Shown: positions 9,252 to 18,475 of the stretch, in pieces | How the letters are laid out: each line of letters begins with the position of its first letter | Position numbering within the stretch: position 1 is the first letter of the stretch | Made by a program: the position numbers and the translations under genes | Notes under the pieces: generated by a model | What the model saw: the letters and a program-made list of their open reading frames with translations, nothing else | What the model was told of the DNA's origin: nothing | Database searches by the model: none | From: a virus | Taxonomy: Duplodnaviria > Caudoviricetes | DNA: 36,725 nucleotides | Direction: 5' to 3' (one strand) | Virus record (IMG/VR): IMGVR_UViG_3300020045_013092 | Span: 1 to 36,725 of that record

Positions 9252-9757
9252 CGGCTCCAAATGAACCGGTCAACCCTTCTAATTTATTTACACCATTCAT
9301 TCCAACCACTTACGATCCTCCGAATGAAGATGATCGATTAAAAGTTTTTCTTTCTGAAAAATTTGCTCAATTTGCTTATGTAGTTAATGATAAAATGATT
9401 GGGGCATTTACGGATGGAGTTCAAAACTTTTCGGGAGGAAAGTGGAGTTATGATACTACCCGAAAAATACGAAACGGATATCAAGTAATTTTTAGGGTTA
9501 CTAGCTTTGTTCCTCAGACAATAACCATTCCATTTCAGATTAACCCTCAGTTTATCATAACAGAAGTGTTTGGTAGCGCTTCTTTGCCTTGTACTTCTGT
9601 AGGTGCTGGAGATGGAGACTATTTTAGCTTTATGTCTCAGGGAGATGCACGTATTCAATTTACCATGAGTGATACCCAAATAGTGATTACGACAAATGGA
9701 ACGACTGCTGCATACCAAGGTTTCATTATATTATATTTTATACACGATGGTATATAA
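9248..9757 (+). CDS. Hypothetical virion protein
   Basis: 169-aa coupled ORF in the tail module. Confidence 0.6.
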   Translation: MTAPNEPVNPSNLFTPFIPTTYDPPNEDDRLKVFLSEKFAQFAYVVNDKMIGAFTDGVQNFSGGKWSYDTTRKIRNGYQVIFRVTSFVPQTITIPFQINPQFIITEVFGSASLPCTSVGAGDGDYFSFMSQGDARIQFTMSDTQIVITTNGTTAAYQGFIILYFIHDGI

Positions 9758-9779
9758 TTAATTTTAAAAGAGGTGATTT

Positions 9780-10307
9780 ATGGATCCGGCAACAATTTCG
9801 GCTTTGATGGCAGCTTTAGGACCTATCTTAAATATGATAACAGGTAAAGAGGGTGAATTTAAGTCTTCTTACAATCCTCAACAACTTGATTTCATGAAGC
9901 AGGGACTTGGTGGTTTAAATCCTCAAATGGGAAATATCAATCAAAATCCCACATTTCAAGGAGGTAATGAGTGGTTGCAAAATCTATTTTCAGATCCAGA
10001 GTTTTTTAAAAGTTTTTCCGCACCTATCATGCGAGACTTTGAAGAAAATACAATTCCTAATCTAGCTAATCGCTTCGCTGGCATGGGCAGCGGCGGATCG
10101 CTTGGATCGACTGCCTTTCGTAATCAACTTGGTCGTGAATCTAGTACTTTACATGAAAAATTAGCAACTCTTAAAGGCGGTCTCCAACAAACTGGAGTAA
10201 ATCAAGCTTTACAATATGGACAAGCTCCCGTTTCTAACTATATGCAACAACTTCAACAGTTGCTTCAACCAACCCAGAACGTTTATCAGCCTGGTCTTTT
10301 CGGTTGA
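9780..10307 (+). CDS. Putative DNA ejection/pilot protein (small)
   Basis: GAGGTG RBS; MDPATISALMAALG hydrophobic N-terminus; Gly/Gln-rich helical composition typical of internal virion proteins. Confidence 0.55.
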   Translation: MDPATISALMAALGPILNMITGKEGEFKSSYNPQQLDFMKQGLGGLNPQMGNINQNPTFQGGNEWLQNLFSDPEFFKSFSAPIMRDFEENTIPNLANRFAGMGSGGSLGSTAFRNQLGRESSTLHEKLATLKGGLQQTGVNQALQYGQAPVSNYMQQLQQLLQPTQNVYQPGLFG

Positions 10308-10332
10308 CAATATATATAGCATGTAATAATTT
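10304..10332 (+). promoter_or_regulatory. Sigma70-type promoter for the tRNA/HNH cassette
   Basis: Perfect TTGACA at 10304-10309, 17-bp spacer, TAATTT; tRNA begins 16 nt downstream. Confidence 0.5.
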
Positions 10333-10347
10333 TATTGTTATTAACAT

Positions 10348-10418
10348 GCAGATATAGTTTAACGGTAAAACTATAGCCTTCCAAGCTGTTGTTGTCGGTT
10401 CAATTCCGACTATCTGCT
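10348..10418 (+). tRNA. trnG: tRNA-Gly(TCC), CCA not encoded
   Basis: Acceptor GCAGATA/TATCTGC; D arm GTTT/AAAC; anticodon arm ATAGC-CTTCCAA-GCTGT; T arm GTCGG-TTCAATT-CCGAC. Confidence 0.92.
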
Positions 10419-10430
10419 AAATTAAATTCT

Positions 10431-10510
10431 GATATGTCTAGGGTGGCCACCCGAAAAGTTGTTCCCGAACAACCTGACATATTCTTATAATTCGGGTTGA
10501 CTTTCGGGAG
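10431..10510 (+). ncRNA. Structured RNA (three-way junction) with complementarity to the HNH RBS
   Basis: Stem GATATGTC-T-AGG/CCT-GACATATT encloses hairpins GGT-GGCC-ACC and GTTGTT-CCCG-AACAAC. Two CCCGAA copies match two downstream TTCGGG copies, one overlapping GGAG. Confidence 0.6.
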
Positions 10511-10515
10511 TTATA

Positions 10516-11124
10516 ATGGACGTTGCATGCGCTGTCTGCGGAAAAATTCATTTCAAAAAAAAATTAAAAGCTAAAAAAAATAAAAATAATTACTGTTCTC
10601 AAGAGTGCTATCATAATAAAATGATGGCTCAAATAGAAGACAGATGCTCTCAATGTGGTGAAAAATATTTCAGAACAAGGACTAAAAAATATAGTTTCTG
10701 CTCATCCAAATGCTACAATTTAGATTATAGAATAAAAAAACCTGAAATATACGAAAAGCATAAAAAACTTTCTATGGAAAGGCAAAAGGCTAGAAGAACA
10801 ACACCCGTTAGGAAAAAAAGTCGAAGTGGAACTGGTCATATTACTAAGCAAGGATATGTAAAATTATGTCTAATTGATCATCCTTTTGCCAAGAAGAAAG
10901 GACATATTTTTCAACATGTGATAGTAATGAGCGATCATCTTGGTCGTGCATTATTTAAAGGTGAAACAGTTCATCATAAAAATGGAATACGTGATGACAA
11001 TCGAATTGAAAACCTAGAACTTTGGAATGTAGCTCAACCAGCAGGACAGAGAGTAGAAGACAAGATAAAATTTTACAAAGAATTCCTAGAGCAATATGGT
11101 TATAATGTAACAAAGGACTCGTAA
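10516..11124 (+). CDS. Free-standing HNH endonuclease with N-terminal Zn-binding repeats
   Basis: HLGRAL...VHHKNGIRDDNRIENLELW; two CxxC...(Y/F)CSxxC units. Confidence 0.9.
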   Translation: MDVACAVCGKIHFKKKLKAKKNKNNYCSQECYHNKMMAQIEDRCSQCGEKYFRTRTKKYSFCSSKCYNLDYRIKKPEIYEKHKKLSMERQKARRTTPVRKKSRSGTGHITKQGYVKLCLIDHPFAKKKGHIFQHVIVMSDHLGRALFKGETVHHKNGIRDDNRIENLELWNVAQPAGQRVEDKIKFYKEFLEQYGYNVTKDS

Positions 11125-12525
11125 ATGGTCACAATTCTTCCTCAAAAGCGTTCCCCTTTTGAGCTACTTGCTAACGCAATGAGCCAGTTTGGACAGAATG
11201 CTCCAAGATTGCTTGAACAAAAGCATAATAGGCAACTTCTTAAAGATAGTTTAGATGAAATTAAGAATTTAGCAAATGATCCTAATGCTAAACCTATAGA
11301 TACTCTTTTAGCTACGTTGAAAGCTGGTGCAGGAATACCAGGCAGTGAAAGATATCTTTCTGCGCTTGCCCCTGAAGTATTAAGATTATCTCAAGCTAAT
11401 GTAGCTCAAAAAGCACCTTTAGCAGGAGAGCAAGAAGGAGATTTGCAGGCACCTCAAAGACAAGAGCTTCCTTCTTTCATGAATCAGCAGAAAAAAATTA
11501 AAGAAGCAGTTGAATATTTTCCGACCAATGTTGGACCAAAAGAAGATGTTGGAAGTATACCCCAAGAAGCTACTACAGGTAAAAAATTACCATTACTTTC
11601 TCCTGATCAATATGCTCAAGCTGCCAAAAAACTATCAGGAGAGAGAACAAAGTTAGGTATACCAACAACTCCAACAGAAGCCTTGGAAGAAGTAAAAAGA
11701 CAGCAGGAAGATATTAAGCTTCACAATGCTAAAGTTGATGAAGAGCTTTCCCAGCAAAAAGCAGGCCAACAAGCTTATGGAGCAAGAGCAGTAGAACATT
11801 TAAAAAAGGCATTTGGAAATGAACCTATTCCTCCAGAAGTTGAAGCTTATTTTGCTGAAAAAGGAGAAAATAAGGCTAAAGAAGGAAAAAGCGAAGCTCA
11901 AATAGATAGATATCTATCCGAGGAAGCTAAAAAGTTAGCAAATTCCGTTTCAAATATTAAGCAGTCTGCTTCTGCACCTAGGCTTTTAAATAGTTTAACA
12001 AGATCTTTTAATGGAACTTATAAAAATTTTGAGGATTCAGCAAAAGATCTTCAAAAACTTCTAAAACCTCTTTTGGATGCTCAACTTTATGATTATTCTA
12101 GAGGACTTTTATCAGATCTTGGGTATTACCCCGAAGAAAGAGAAATCATTGTCAATCCCCTTACTCAAAGATCTCAAAACCTTTTAAATTCTATTACTAA
12201 TATTCCTAGATTAGAAAGACCTGTTAGTTTGGGTATTCCTGGTGTTCCCACCGCAAAAGATCCTAATTCGGGAGATCTTCAAACTATAAAAACATCATTG
12301 ATGGAATTAAAAAGGATCGAACCTAACTTCAGTCTACCTTTGTCAAGAAAAATGTTTGAAGACAAAGGTTATGGATGGAGAACATATAAAGATGCTCTTA
12401 ATGAGCTTATGGATGAAGGATTCACATTAGAGGATGATCAGAGAACACAATTAGGATTTCTAGATTCTCCTCCTGAATCCAGATTAGAAGAGATTTTAAG
12501 ATCAATTAACCTAACAGGTCGTTAA
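11125..12525 (+). CDS. Putative DNA ejection protein
   Basis: 466-aa helical/charged ORF in the ejection-gene position. Confidence 0.5.
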   Translation: MVTILPQKRSPFELLANAMSQFGQNAPRLLEQKHNRQLLKDSLDEIKNLANDPNAKPIDTLLATLKAGAGIPGSERYLSALAPEVLRLSQANVAQKAPLAGEQEGDLQAPQRQELPSFMNQQKKIKEAVEYFPTNVGPKEDVGSIPQEATTGKKLPLLSPDQYAQAAKKLSGERTKLGIPTTPTEALEEVKRQQEDIKLHNAKVDEELSQQKAGQQAYGARAVEHLKKAFGNEPIPPEVEAYFAEKGENKAKEGKSEAQIDRYLSEEAKKLANSVSNIKQSASAPRLLNSLTRSFNGTYKNFEDSAKDLQKLLKPLLDAQLYDYSRGLLSDLGYYPEEREIIVNPLTQRSQNLLNSITNIPRLERPVSLGIPGVPTAKDPNSGDLQTIKTSLMELKRIEPNFSLPLSRKMFEDKGYGWRTYKDALNELMDEGFTLEDDQRTQLGFLDSPPESRLEEILRSINLTGR

Positions 12526-13967
12526 TGATTCCTCAAATAACAAGTGCTTTATCTCAAGGTTTTACCGCTAAACAAGTTATTGATTTCCTTTTGAGACATT
12601 TTCCTTCACATGGAAAGCAAATACAAAAAGCTATTTCTTCGGGATATAGTGCAGAACAAGTTTTAAAGTATCTTGCAGGAGGAAGAAAATCTTTAGCCTC
12701 AGATATTCCCGAAATGGGAACAGAACATTCCAGAACTAGAAAGATGGATATTCAAAGAAGGCAAGATGTAGATAAAGGATTTGCAACAGCTGCTGGAATT
12801 GGAGCAACTGGAATAGGTGCAAGTTTATCGGCTCCTATGGCAGCTCAAGCTTTACAAAGGGCAGCACCTCAACTTTTAGGCCCAGGATCTATTCTCCCGC
12901 AAGGATCATCCGTAATACAAAGCCAATTGCCACAAGCGTCCCCACAAACCCCGCCTGTAATGCCCAATATTCAATCTTCTGCAACACAACAACCCCCCGT
13001 TTCCCCTAGTATACCAAATGCGCCCACTCCTGTTCAACCTGAAGTAAAAAATATAAACGCAAGTGAAATATTAAATAAATATGGATTAACAAAGCATGTC
13101 GAAGAAATATCGAAGAACTTCAAAGATCCCAAAGGTGTTGCAGCCGTGCTCTACAACAAGTTTCCTAAAGAAATGCAACGACTTCAGAAAGAAGCTGGTA
13201 TGCCAATGGAAGATGTTGTTGCTGAATATATGGCCAATGTAAAGCCGCTTGACATTGAAAAACCTGAACAACCTAATTCTATCGCTGAAATTCCAAAAAT
13301 TGAGAAATTTGAATCTGAACCTATAAAAATTGAAAAAGGATCTGTTGCAGCATCACCAGAAGGTATCGGAGAAATTAAAGCCATTCGAAATGGTAAGGCG
13401 ATCATTGAAATTGATGGTAAGAAACATCAGATAAATGAAGAGGACCTTGAAACTCCTCTATTTAGTGAAGATGAAATCGCAGATGCTTACGAAGATCTTT
13501 TCAAGAAAATTCCAGAGCCTGAAAGATCAGGTTTTATTTCTTGGGCTGGATATGATGAAGATAAAAATGTTTTAGGATTTATCCCGCGTGGAGGAAAGTA
13601 CGAAGAACTTCATAATATCACTCCACACGAAGCTCAACTGATTAAAGAAGGTAAAGGAGTGGCTAGGACTAGTGGAGAGCGTACAGAAGGTTTATGGGCT
13701 ATTGGTGAGGATACTAGGGGAGGGATAATATCACAGATCATTCATGACCGTAGAAAGAAAAATGAAGGTATAAAAAAACAACAATTTGAATTTTCTTTAG
13801 ATCTTCCCAAGCCTCAAAAAGAAGATAAGGGAATGAATCCAATATTTGATGAGTTGAAATACGCAAGAGATCTTTCTAGACAAAGGGAAAAGAAAAAGAG
13901 AGATGAAGAGAAAGCAAGATTTAAAAAGGAAAAGGAAGATGAAAAAAGAAAAAAAAGAAAGAAATAG
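12525..13967 (+). CDS. Putative ejection/internal protein with KTSC-like domain and basic tail
   Basis: Gly/Ala hydrophobic segment, Pro/Gln linker, SGFISWAGYDEDKNVLGF..RGGKY (KTSC-like), Lys/Arg/Glu-rich C-terminus. Confidence 0.5.
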   Translation: MIPQITSALSQGFTAKQVIDFLLRHFPSHGKQIQKAISSGYSAEQVLKYLAGGRKSLASDIPEMGTEHSRTRKMDIQRRQDVDKGFATAAGIGATGIGASLSAPMAAQALQRAAPQLLGPGSILPQGSSVIQSQLPQASPQTPPVMPNIQSSATQQPPVSPSIPNAPTPVQPEVKNINASEILNKYGLTKHVEEISKNFKDPKGVAAVLYNKFPKEMQRLQKEAGMPMEDVVAEYMANVKPLDIEKPEQPNSIAEIPKIEKFESEPIKIEKGSVAASPEGIGEIKAIRNGKAIIEIDGKKHQINEEDLETPLFSEDEIADAYEDLFKKIPEPERSGFISWAGYDEDKNVLGFIPRGGKYEELHNITPHEAQLIKEGKGVARTSGERTEGLWAIGEDTRGGIISQIIHDRRKKNEGIKKQQFEFSLDLPKPQKEDKGMNPIFDELKYARDLSRQREKKKRDEEKARFKKEKEDEKRKKRKK

Positions 13968-13969
13968 AC

Positions 13970-14200
13970 TTAAGGAATTTGTGGAGATGTTGGCTTTACA
14001 TCACAAGAAGAAGTCAAAGAAAAAGTAAAACCCTTATGAATCGACTTGATAAACTCTTTTGAAATTCTATAAGGGCTTCTCGGACCATTACCAACACGTA
14101 TAAAAGGCAAAAGATTTTTCTTTATCGCTCTTCTTATTGTTTTGGGATGAACTGAAAAAATCGATGCTGTCTCTTTTATTGAATAAAATTCACTGTCCAT
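13970..14200 (-). CDS. Excisionase-like (MerR/HTH_17) DNA-binding protein
   Basis: YSIKETASIFSVHPKTIRRAIK..L...RVG...YRIS winged HTH; ATG at 14200. Confidence 0.8.
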   Translation of the reverse strand: MDSEFYSIKETASIFSVHPKTIRRAIKKNLLPFIRVGNGPRSPYRISKEFIKSIHKGFTFSLTSSCDVKPTSPQIP

Positions 14201-14283
14201 ACTGTCCAATCATGTCTAATCAAGAATATATCATATAAATTTTTAACTTGACACAATGGAATCAAATTAAAAAAGAGGTTTAT

Positions 14284-16500
14284 ATGACATCTCCCTTTAT
14301 CCCATGTTCTTTCACTTATGGCGATGCCCCTCAAGGTGGCGCAGTAATGCCAATGGTTGTAGCCGGAAGAAATCCTTCTGATACCACAGACACTCAATAT
14401 GCAGCGGGTTATTTATGGCTTTCAAGTTTAGATCTTGGAGGAAGTGGAAATCTATATGTGCAATCTGGAAATACTTCGGGCACGCCTAATTGGACAGCAG
14501 TCACGGCAGGATCAGCAGGGGGCATAAATACTCTTAGTGATGGATCAACACAGGTTTCCCCTGTTGGTGGAAATATTGCTCTTGAAGGCACTGCGAATCA
14601 GATTACTGCAACATCGGATGTTTCAGGTCATAACATTACTTTTTCAACACCAGGTGTTTTTATAGCTCCAGGATCAATAAAATCTTCATCTACTCTTGAG
14701 GTGGGAACAGATTTAACAGTTGATGGAAATGCATCAGTAACTGGAGATCTAGCGGTCACTGGAAATGAAACAGTCACAGGAAATTTGACTGTCAATGGTA
14801 CTTTAACATTTTCAGGTCTAACCGTTAATGGGACTGTGGCAATAAATACTTCAGGTGCAGGAGCAACGACAATAGGAAATGCATCTGCTGGATTGATTAA
14901 GATCGATACAGGAACAGGCACTTTTGTCCTAAATGGTAATGGAAATGCGATTCATATAGGCGATGATGCAGCCGCAAATACGATTATAATCGGGAATACA
15001 ACGACAACAACATCGGTTCATATCCAGTCAGGAACAAATGATGTTAAGATTGATGGTTCGACCACTGCTGAAATATTTTTAGGAACTACCACACAAACAG
15101 GAACCATCACAGTAGGACAATCAACAGCTGGTCAAAATATTGATATTGGAAGTGGTATAAATGCATCTGCTCAAGTCATCACCATTGGAAATGGAGCTTC
15201 CGCAGCAAATAGCACTGTCAATATTCTCTCTGGGATAGGAACAGCAGGTGCAGGCGTATTAGCGTTAGGAAACAATACAAGAGTCACTACGATTGGACTA
15301 GGAAATATAGCTCCAGCAGCAGCAAGAGTTATCACAATTGCGGGTGGTAATTCAGCTCAAAATGACACTGTAACCATATTTGGTGGTGCTCCTTCTGCTA
15401 ATACTCAGACGTTTAATTTATTTTCTGGAAATGCTTCGGGAGGCACTCAGAATGTTAATGTGGGAACGGGAACGAATGCAGTAGGGATTAATATTGGAAC
15501 TGGTACGACAGGAGTTAAAACCATTGCAATTGGTGGTACTGCCGCAAACGTAATCACAATAGGAAATACTCAAACCACTGGATCGGTAGCCATTGGAAAT
15601 GCTCTAACTTCGGGTACTGTGACCATAGGAGGAACAGCAGGAACAGGAACGATAATTTTAGGTCAGGCAACTAATGCAACAGGTCAAACAGTATCTATTG
15701 CTAGCGGTGCTTCCATAGCTGGCCCTAATGTATTAAACCTTCTTTCTGGTGCTACACCAGCAGCTAATCAGACAGTTAATATTATGTCTGGATTGGGATC
15801 TGCTGGAACTTACACATTTAATCTTTTAACGGGAGCATCTACAGGAACGACGCAAACTGTAAATATTGCTACTGGTTCAGCCGCAAGCACAATCTCAATA
15901 GGGGGTACAGGAGCGAACACAATCGCCATAGCTAATACCCAAACGGGTGGATCCCTTTCCTTAGCCCATGCAATGACTACCGGGAATATTGTTATAGGAG
16001 ATGCTCAAACATCAGGTACTTTAACGATTGGATCAACAGCGTCAGGAACCGGAGCAGTTAGAATTGTAGATGGTACAGGAGCTCAGACAATTACTTTTGC
16101 TACTGGAGCAGGTGCAAAAACATTGACTATCGGATCTCTAAATACAACAAGCACCACTACAGTAAACGCTGGATCGGGTGGAATTCAATTGGCTGGAAAT
16201 GTCTTTTTATCTTCTGTAGCCACTAAGATTTCATATAATGGTGGTGCTGCAACTGACTTTATTGGTTCTAGTGTTCTTACATTAGGTACAGTGACGATAG
16301 CAAATACAAACATTGCAGCTACTGACAGAATTTTCTTGAGTCGAACAGCTGCTAACGCTTCTACCACTCTAGGAGAATTGACTTATACTATTAGTGCTGG
16401 TGCAAGTTTTACAGTCACATCCTTGATTTTAGGAACTCCTGGAAGTACTCAAACAGGAGATTTAAGCTCTTTTGTTTATTTCATCGTTGGACAAACCTAG
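14284..16500 (+). CDS. Gly/Thr-rich tail fibre/spike with beta-solenoid repeats
   Basis: GAGG RBS before ATG 14284; LTVDGN-type repeats followed by many TI(N/T)IG repeats. Confidence 0.7.
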   Translation: MTSPFIPCSFTYGDAPQGGAVMPMVVAGRNPSDTTDTQYAAGYLWLSSLDLGGSGNLYVQSGNTSGTPNWTAVTAGSAGGINTLSDGSTQVSPVGGNIALEGTANQITATSDVSGHNITFSTPGVFIAPGSIKSSSTLEVGTDLTVDGNASVTGDLAVTGNETVTGNLTVNGTLTFSGLTVNGTVAINTSGAGATTIGNASAGLIKIDTGTGTFVLNGNGNAIHIGDDAAANTIIIGNTTTTTSVHIQSGTNDVKIDGSTTAEIFLGTTTQTGTITVGQSTAGQNIDIGSGINASAQVITIGNGASAANSTVNILSGIGTAGAGVLALGNNTRVTTIGLGNIAPAAARVITIAGGNSAQNDTVTIFGGAPSANTQTFNLFSGNASGGTQNVNVGTGTNAVGINIGTGTTGVKTIAIGGTAANVITIGNTQTTGSVAIGNALTSGTVTIGGTAGTGTIILGQATNATGQTVSIASGASIAGPNVLNLLSGATPAANQTVNIMSGLGSAGTYTFNLLTGASTGTTQTVNIATGSAASTISIGGTGANTIAIANTQTGGSLSLAHAMTTGNIVIGDAQTSGTLTIGSTASGTGAVRIVDGTGAQTITFATGAGAKTLTIGSLNTTSTTTVNAGSGGIQLAGNVFLSSVATKISYNGGAATDFIGSSVLTLGTVTIANTNIAATDRIFLSRTAANASTTLGELTYTISAGASFTVTSLILGTPGSTQTGDLSSFVYFIVGQT

Positions 16501-16513
16501 AAAATAATATAAA

Positions 16514-16546
16514 TTGGTGGTAAATTTCAAAATTATTTACCACCAA
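16514..16546. terminator. 12-bp hairpin after the fibre gene
   Basis: TTGGTGGTAAAT-N9-ATTTACCACCAA. Confidence 0.5.
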
Positions 16547-16558
16547 ATATGAGGGCAT

Positions 16559-16762
16559 ATGCTAAAGCAAACAGCAATTTTAGAAGTAGTTAGACAAGAT
16601 CGAGTTTATACGATGATTTTACCAAATAATGCCCCATTGGGAGAATTGCATGATGTAATTTTTCAGATGAGGTCTTTTGTTGTAGATAAAATTAATGAAT
16701 CGATAAACGCTGAAAAACCTAAAGAACCGGTAGAAATTCAGGAAAACCCTAAAGTAGAGTAA
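16559..16762 (+). CDS. Hypothetical protein (possible fibre chaperone)
   Basis: 67 aa with GAGG RBS; function inferred from position only. Confidence 0.6.
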   Translation: MLKQTAILEVVRQDRVYTMILPNNAPLGELHDVIFQMRSFVVDKINESINAEKPKEPVEIQENPKVE

Positions 16763-16764
16763 TT

Positions 16765-17112
16765 ATGAGCAATAACGTCCGTTTTGATGCCGTTAGAACG
16801 GCTGCCATAGGAGTCATAACAGGTTCATATACTAAATTTGATATACCTTTTGCTCATGCAATGAGAGTTCTTCACTTCATTAATGACAGCAATGGAAGCT
16901 ACATGTTTAGTTTTGATGGGGTAACGGATAATTTTCCTTTAGTGACTGATTCATTTAATTTATATGATCTCACAAGCGATCAAGACGCTAATGAGGCTTT
17001 CAGATATGAAGTAGGTTCTCAATTATGGATTAAATCTCTTATTGCTCCCACTTCAGATCCGACTTTAACCAATACAGTTTATTGCGTTGCAGTGTATGGA
17101 AAGGGGGAATAA
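16765..17112 (+). CDS. Hypothetical virion-module protein
   Basis: 115-aa beta-rich ORF coupled to the next gene. Confidence 0.6.
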   Translation: MSNNVRFDAVRTAAIGVITGSYTKFDIPFAHAMRVLHFINDSNGSYMFSFDGVTDNFPLVTDSFNLYDLTSDQDANEAFRYEVGSQLWIKSLIAPTSDPTLTNTVYCVAVYGKGE

Positions 17113-18077
17113 TGTCACAAAGCGGACGTTTAAGAGTTACGAATGGGGTTTTGCCCCCTACCGTGCCTATTCAATTTACGACGAATGATGGTATCGCAGT
17201 TCCTGCCTTAGGTAACATAAATATTGTTACAGCAAACGCAACTGTTTTATTTTCTGGTTCTGGCTCTACTATCACACAAGATTTTGGTCTAAATAATCTA
17301 ATTTTGGGATCAAATCCAGCTGGTTTACCTGTAGGAAATGGAGTAAGCAACGCAGGATTAGGCGGAACTGTTTTAAATTCATTAACATCAGGAAGCAGCA
17401 ATGCAGCTTTCGGATATACAGCAATGCAATTTTCTACTACAGCAAATAGCAATTCTGCTTTTGGATTTGAAGCTTTAAGACTTCTTGTAAGCGGAAATTC
17501 TAATGCTGCTTTTGGATCTTTAGCCTTAGTCTCATTAACTAACAACGGATTAAGTGGAAATGTAACGGCAATTGGTGCGGGAGCCTTACAACATCTTCAA
17601 ACTGGCGTTTCAGATATAGCATTGGGAACTTTAGCGGCTCAAAATTATACGGGTTCTGAATCTAGCAATATAATAATTGGAAATGATGGAGTAAACGGCG
17701 AATCAAACGTAATTCGTATAGGAACTCAAGGAACTGGTATAGGCCAGCAAAGCCAAACTTACATTGCAGGGGTTGTAAATACAGTTTCTGGAAGGGTGGT
17801 AAAAGTAACTACTCCTGGAGCATATCCTTATACAACTTTGATTACAGATTATGTAATTTTAGTAGATTCTTCAGTTGCAAGAACAATTATCCCTTTGGCA
17901 AATCCTGTGACAGGAACAACATATAGAATAAAAGATAATGGATTTCAAGCAGCTGCAAATAATATTACAGTTACACCTAGTGGAAAAAATATTGATAATG
18001 CTGCTTCATTTATCATTAATTCAAATGGAGGAAGCATAGATATTTGCTATCAAGGGACTCAATGGATAATTTTGTAG
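17112..18077 (+). CDS. Tail fibre protein with NxAFG..AL beta-roll repeats
   Basis: TAATG coupling; repeats NAAFGYTAM, NSAFGFEAL, NAAFGSLAL, VTAIGAGAL; C-terminal beta domain ending WIIL. Confidence 0.65.
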   Translation: MSQSGRLRVTNGVLPPTVPIQFTTNDGIAVPALGNINIVTANATVLFSGSGSTITQDFGLNNLILGSNPAGLPVGNGVSNAGLGGTVLNSLTSGSSNAAFGYTAMQFSTTANSNSAFGFEALRLLVSGNSNAAFGSLALVSLTNNGLSGNVTAIGAGALQHLQTGVSDIALGTLAAQNYTGSESSNIIIGNDGVNGESNVIRIGTQGTGIGQQSQTYIAGVVNTVSGRVVKVTTPGAYPYTTLITDYVILVDSSVARTIIPLANPVTGTTYRIKDNGFQAAANNITVTPSGKNIDNAASFIINSNGGSIDICYQGTQWIIL

Positions 18078-18085
18078 GATAAAAA

Positions 18086-18469
18086 ATGGCTTATAATGTT
18101 CCAAATGAAATCGTTGTTATTTCAAGCACAATTATTAATTTACTGGCAACGGGAAACACGATAATTTTCACTGCAAATACTCCATTTGTCGTTACTCAAA
18201 TTAATACTTATGGTGTAAACCTTTCAGGTGTCATTGGATCTCCAGTTGCAAATTTTGGATGGACAGCAGCTGCATATAGCGATTTAACATCAGGATTTAA
18301 CCAATTTGCTTCAGCCACTAACAATGTGAATGGATTAGCGGTGCAAGGTAGCATTGGGGAAACTCAACCCGTACCTACTGCAACCGCATTTAGAATTAAC
18401 GTGACTATTGCAGATGCTACAGCAACTACAAATTCTCAGAGAATTGACATTCTGGGATATTACCTATGA
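18086..18469 (+). CDS. Hypothetical virion protein
   Basis: 127-aa beta-rich ORF with AGGA RBS. Confidence 0.6.
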   Translation: MAYNVPNEIVVISSTIINLLATGNTIIFTANTPFVVTQINTYGVNLSGVIGSPVANFGWTAAAYSDLTSGFNQFASATNNVNGLAVQGSIGETQPVPTATAFRINVTIADATATTNSQRIDILGYYL

Positions 18470-18475
18470 GGTTAT

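Noticed and set aside
10348-10418. Suppressor tRNA / genetic-code reassignment, or tRNA as an att site
   Set aside because: The anticodon is TCC (Gly), long genes are open in the standard code, and no duplicated tRNA 3' fragment or integrase was seen.
10420-10500. HDV-like theta ribozyme or hammerhead after the tRNA
   Set aside because: I could not fit the HDV nested double pseudoknot or a CUGANGA core; retained only as an unassigned structured RNA.
14248-14276. TTGACA promoter for the fibre gene
   Set aside because: No acceptable -10 element at 16-18 bp spacing.
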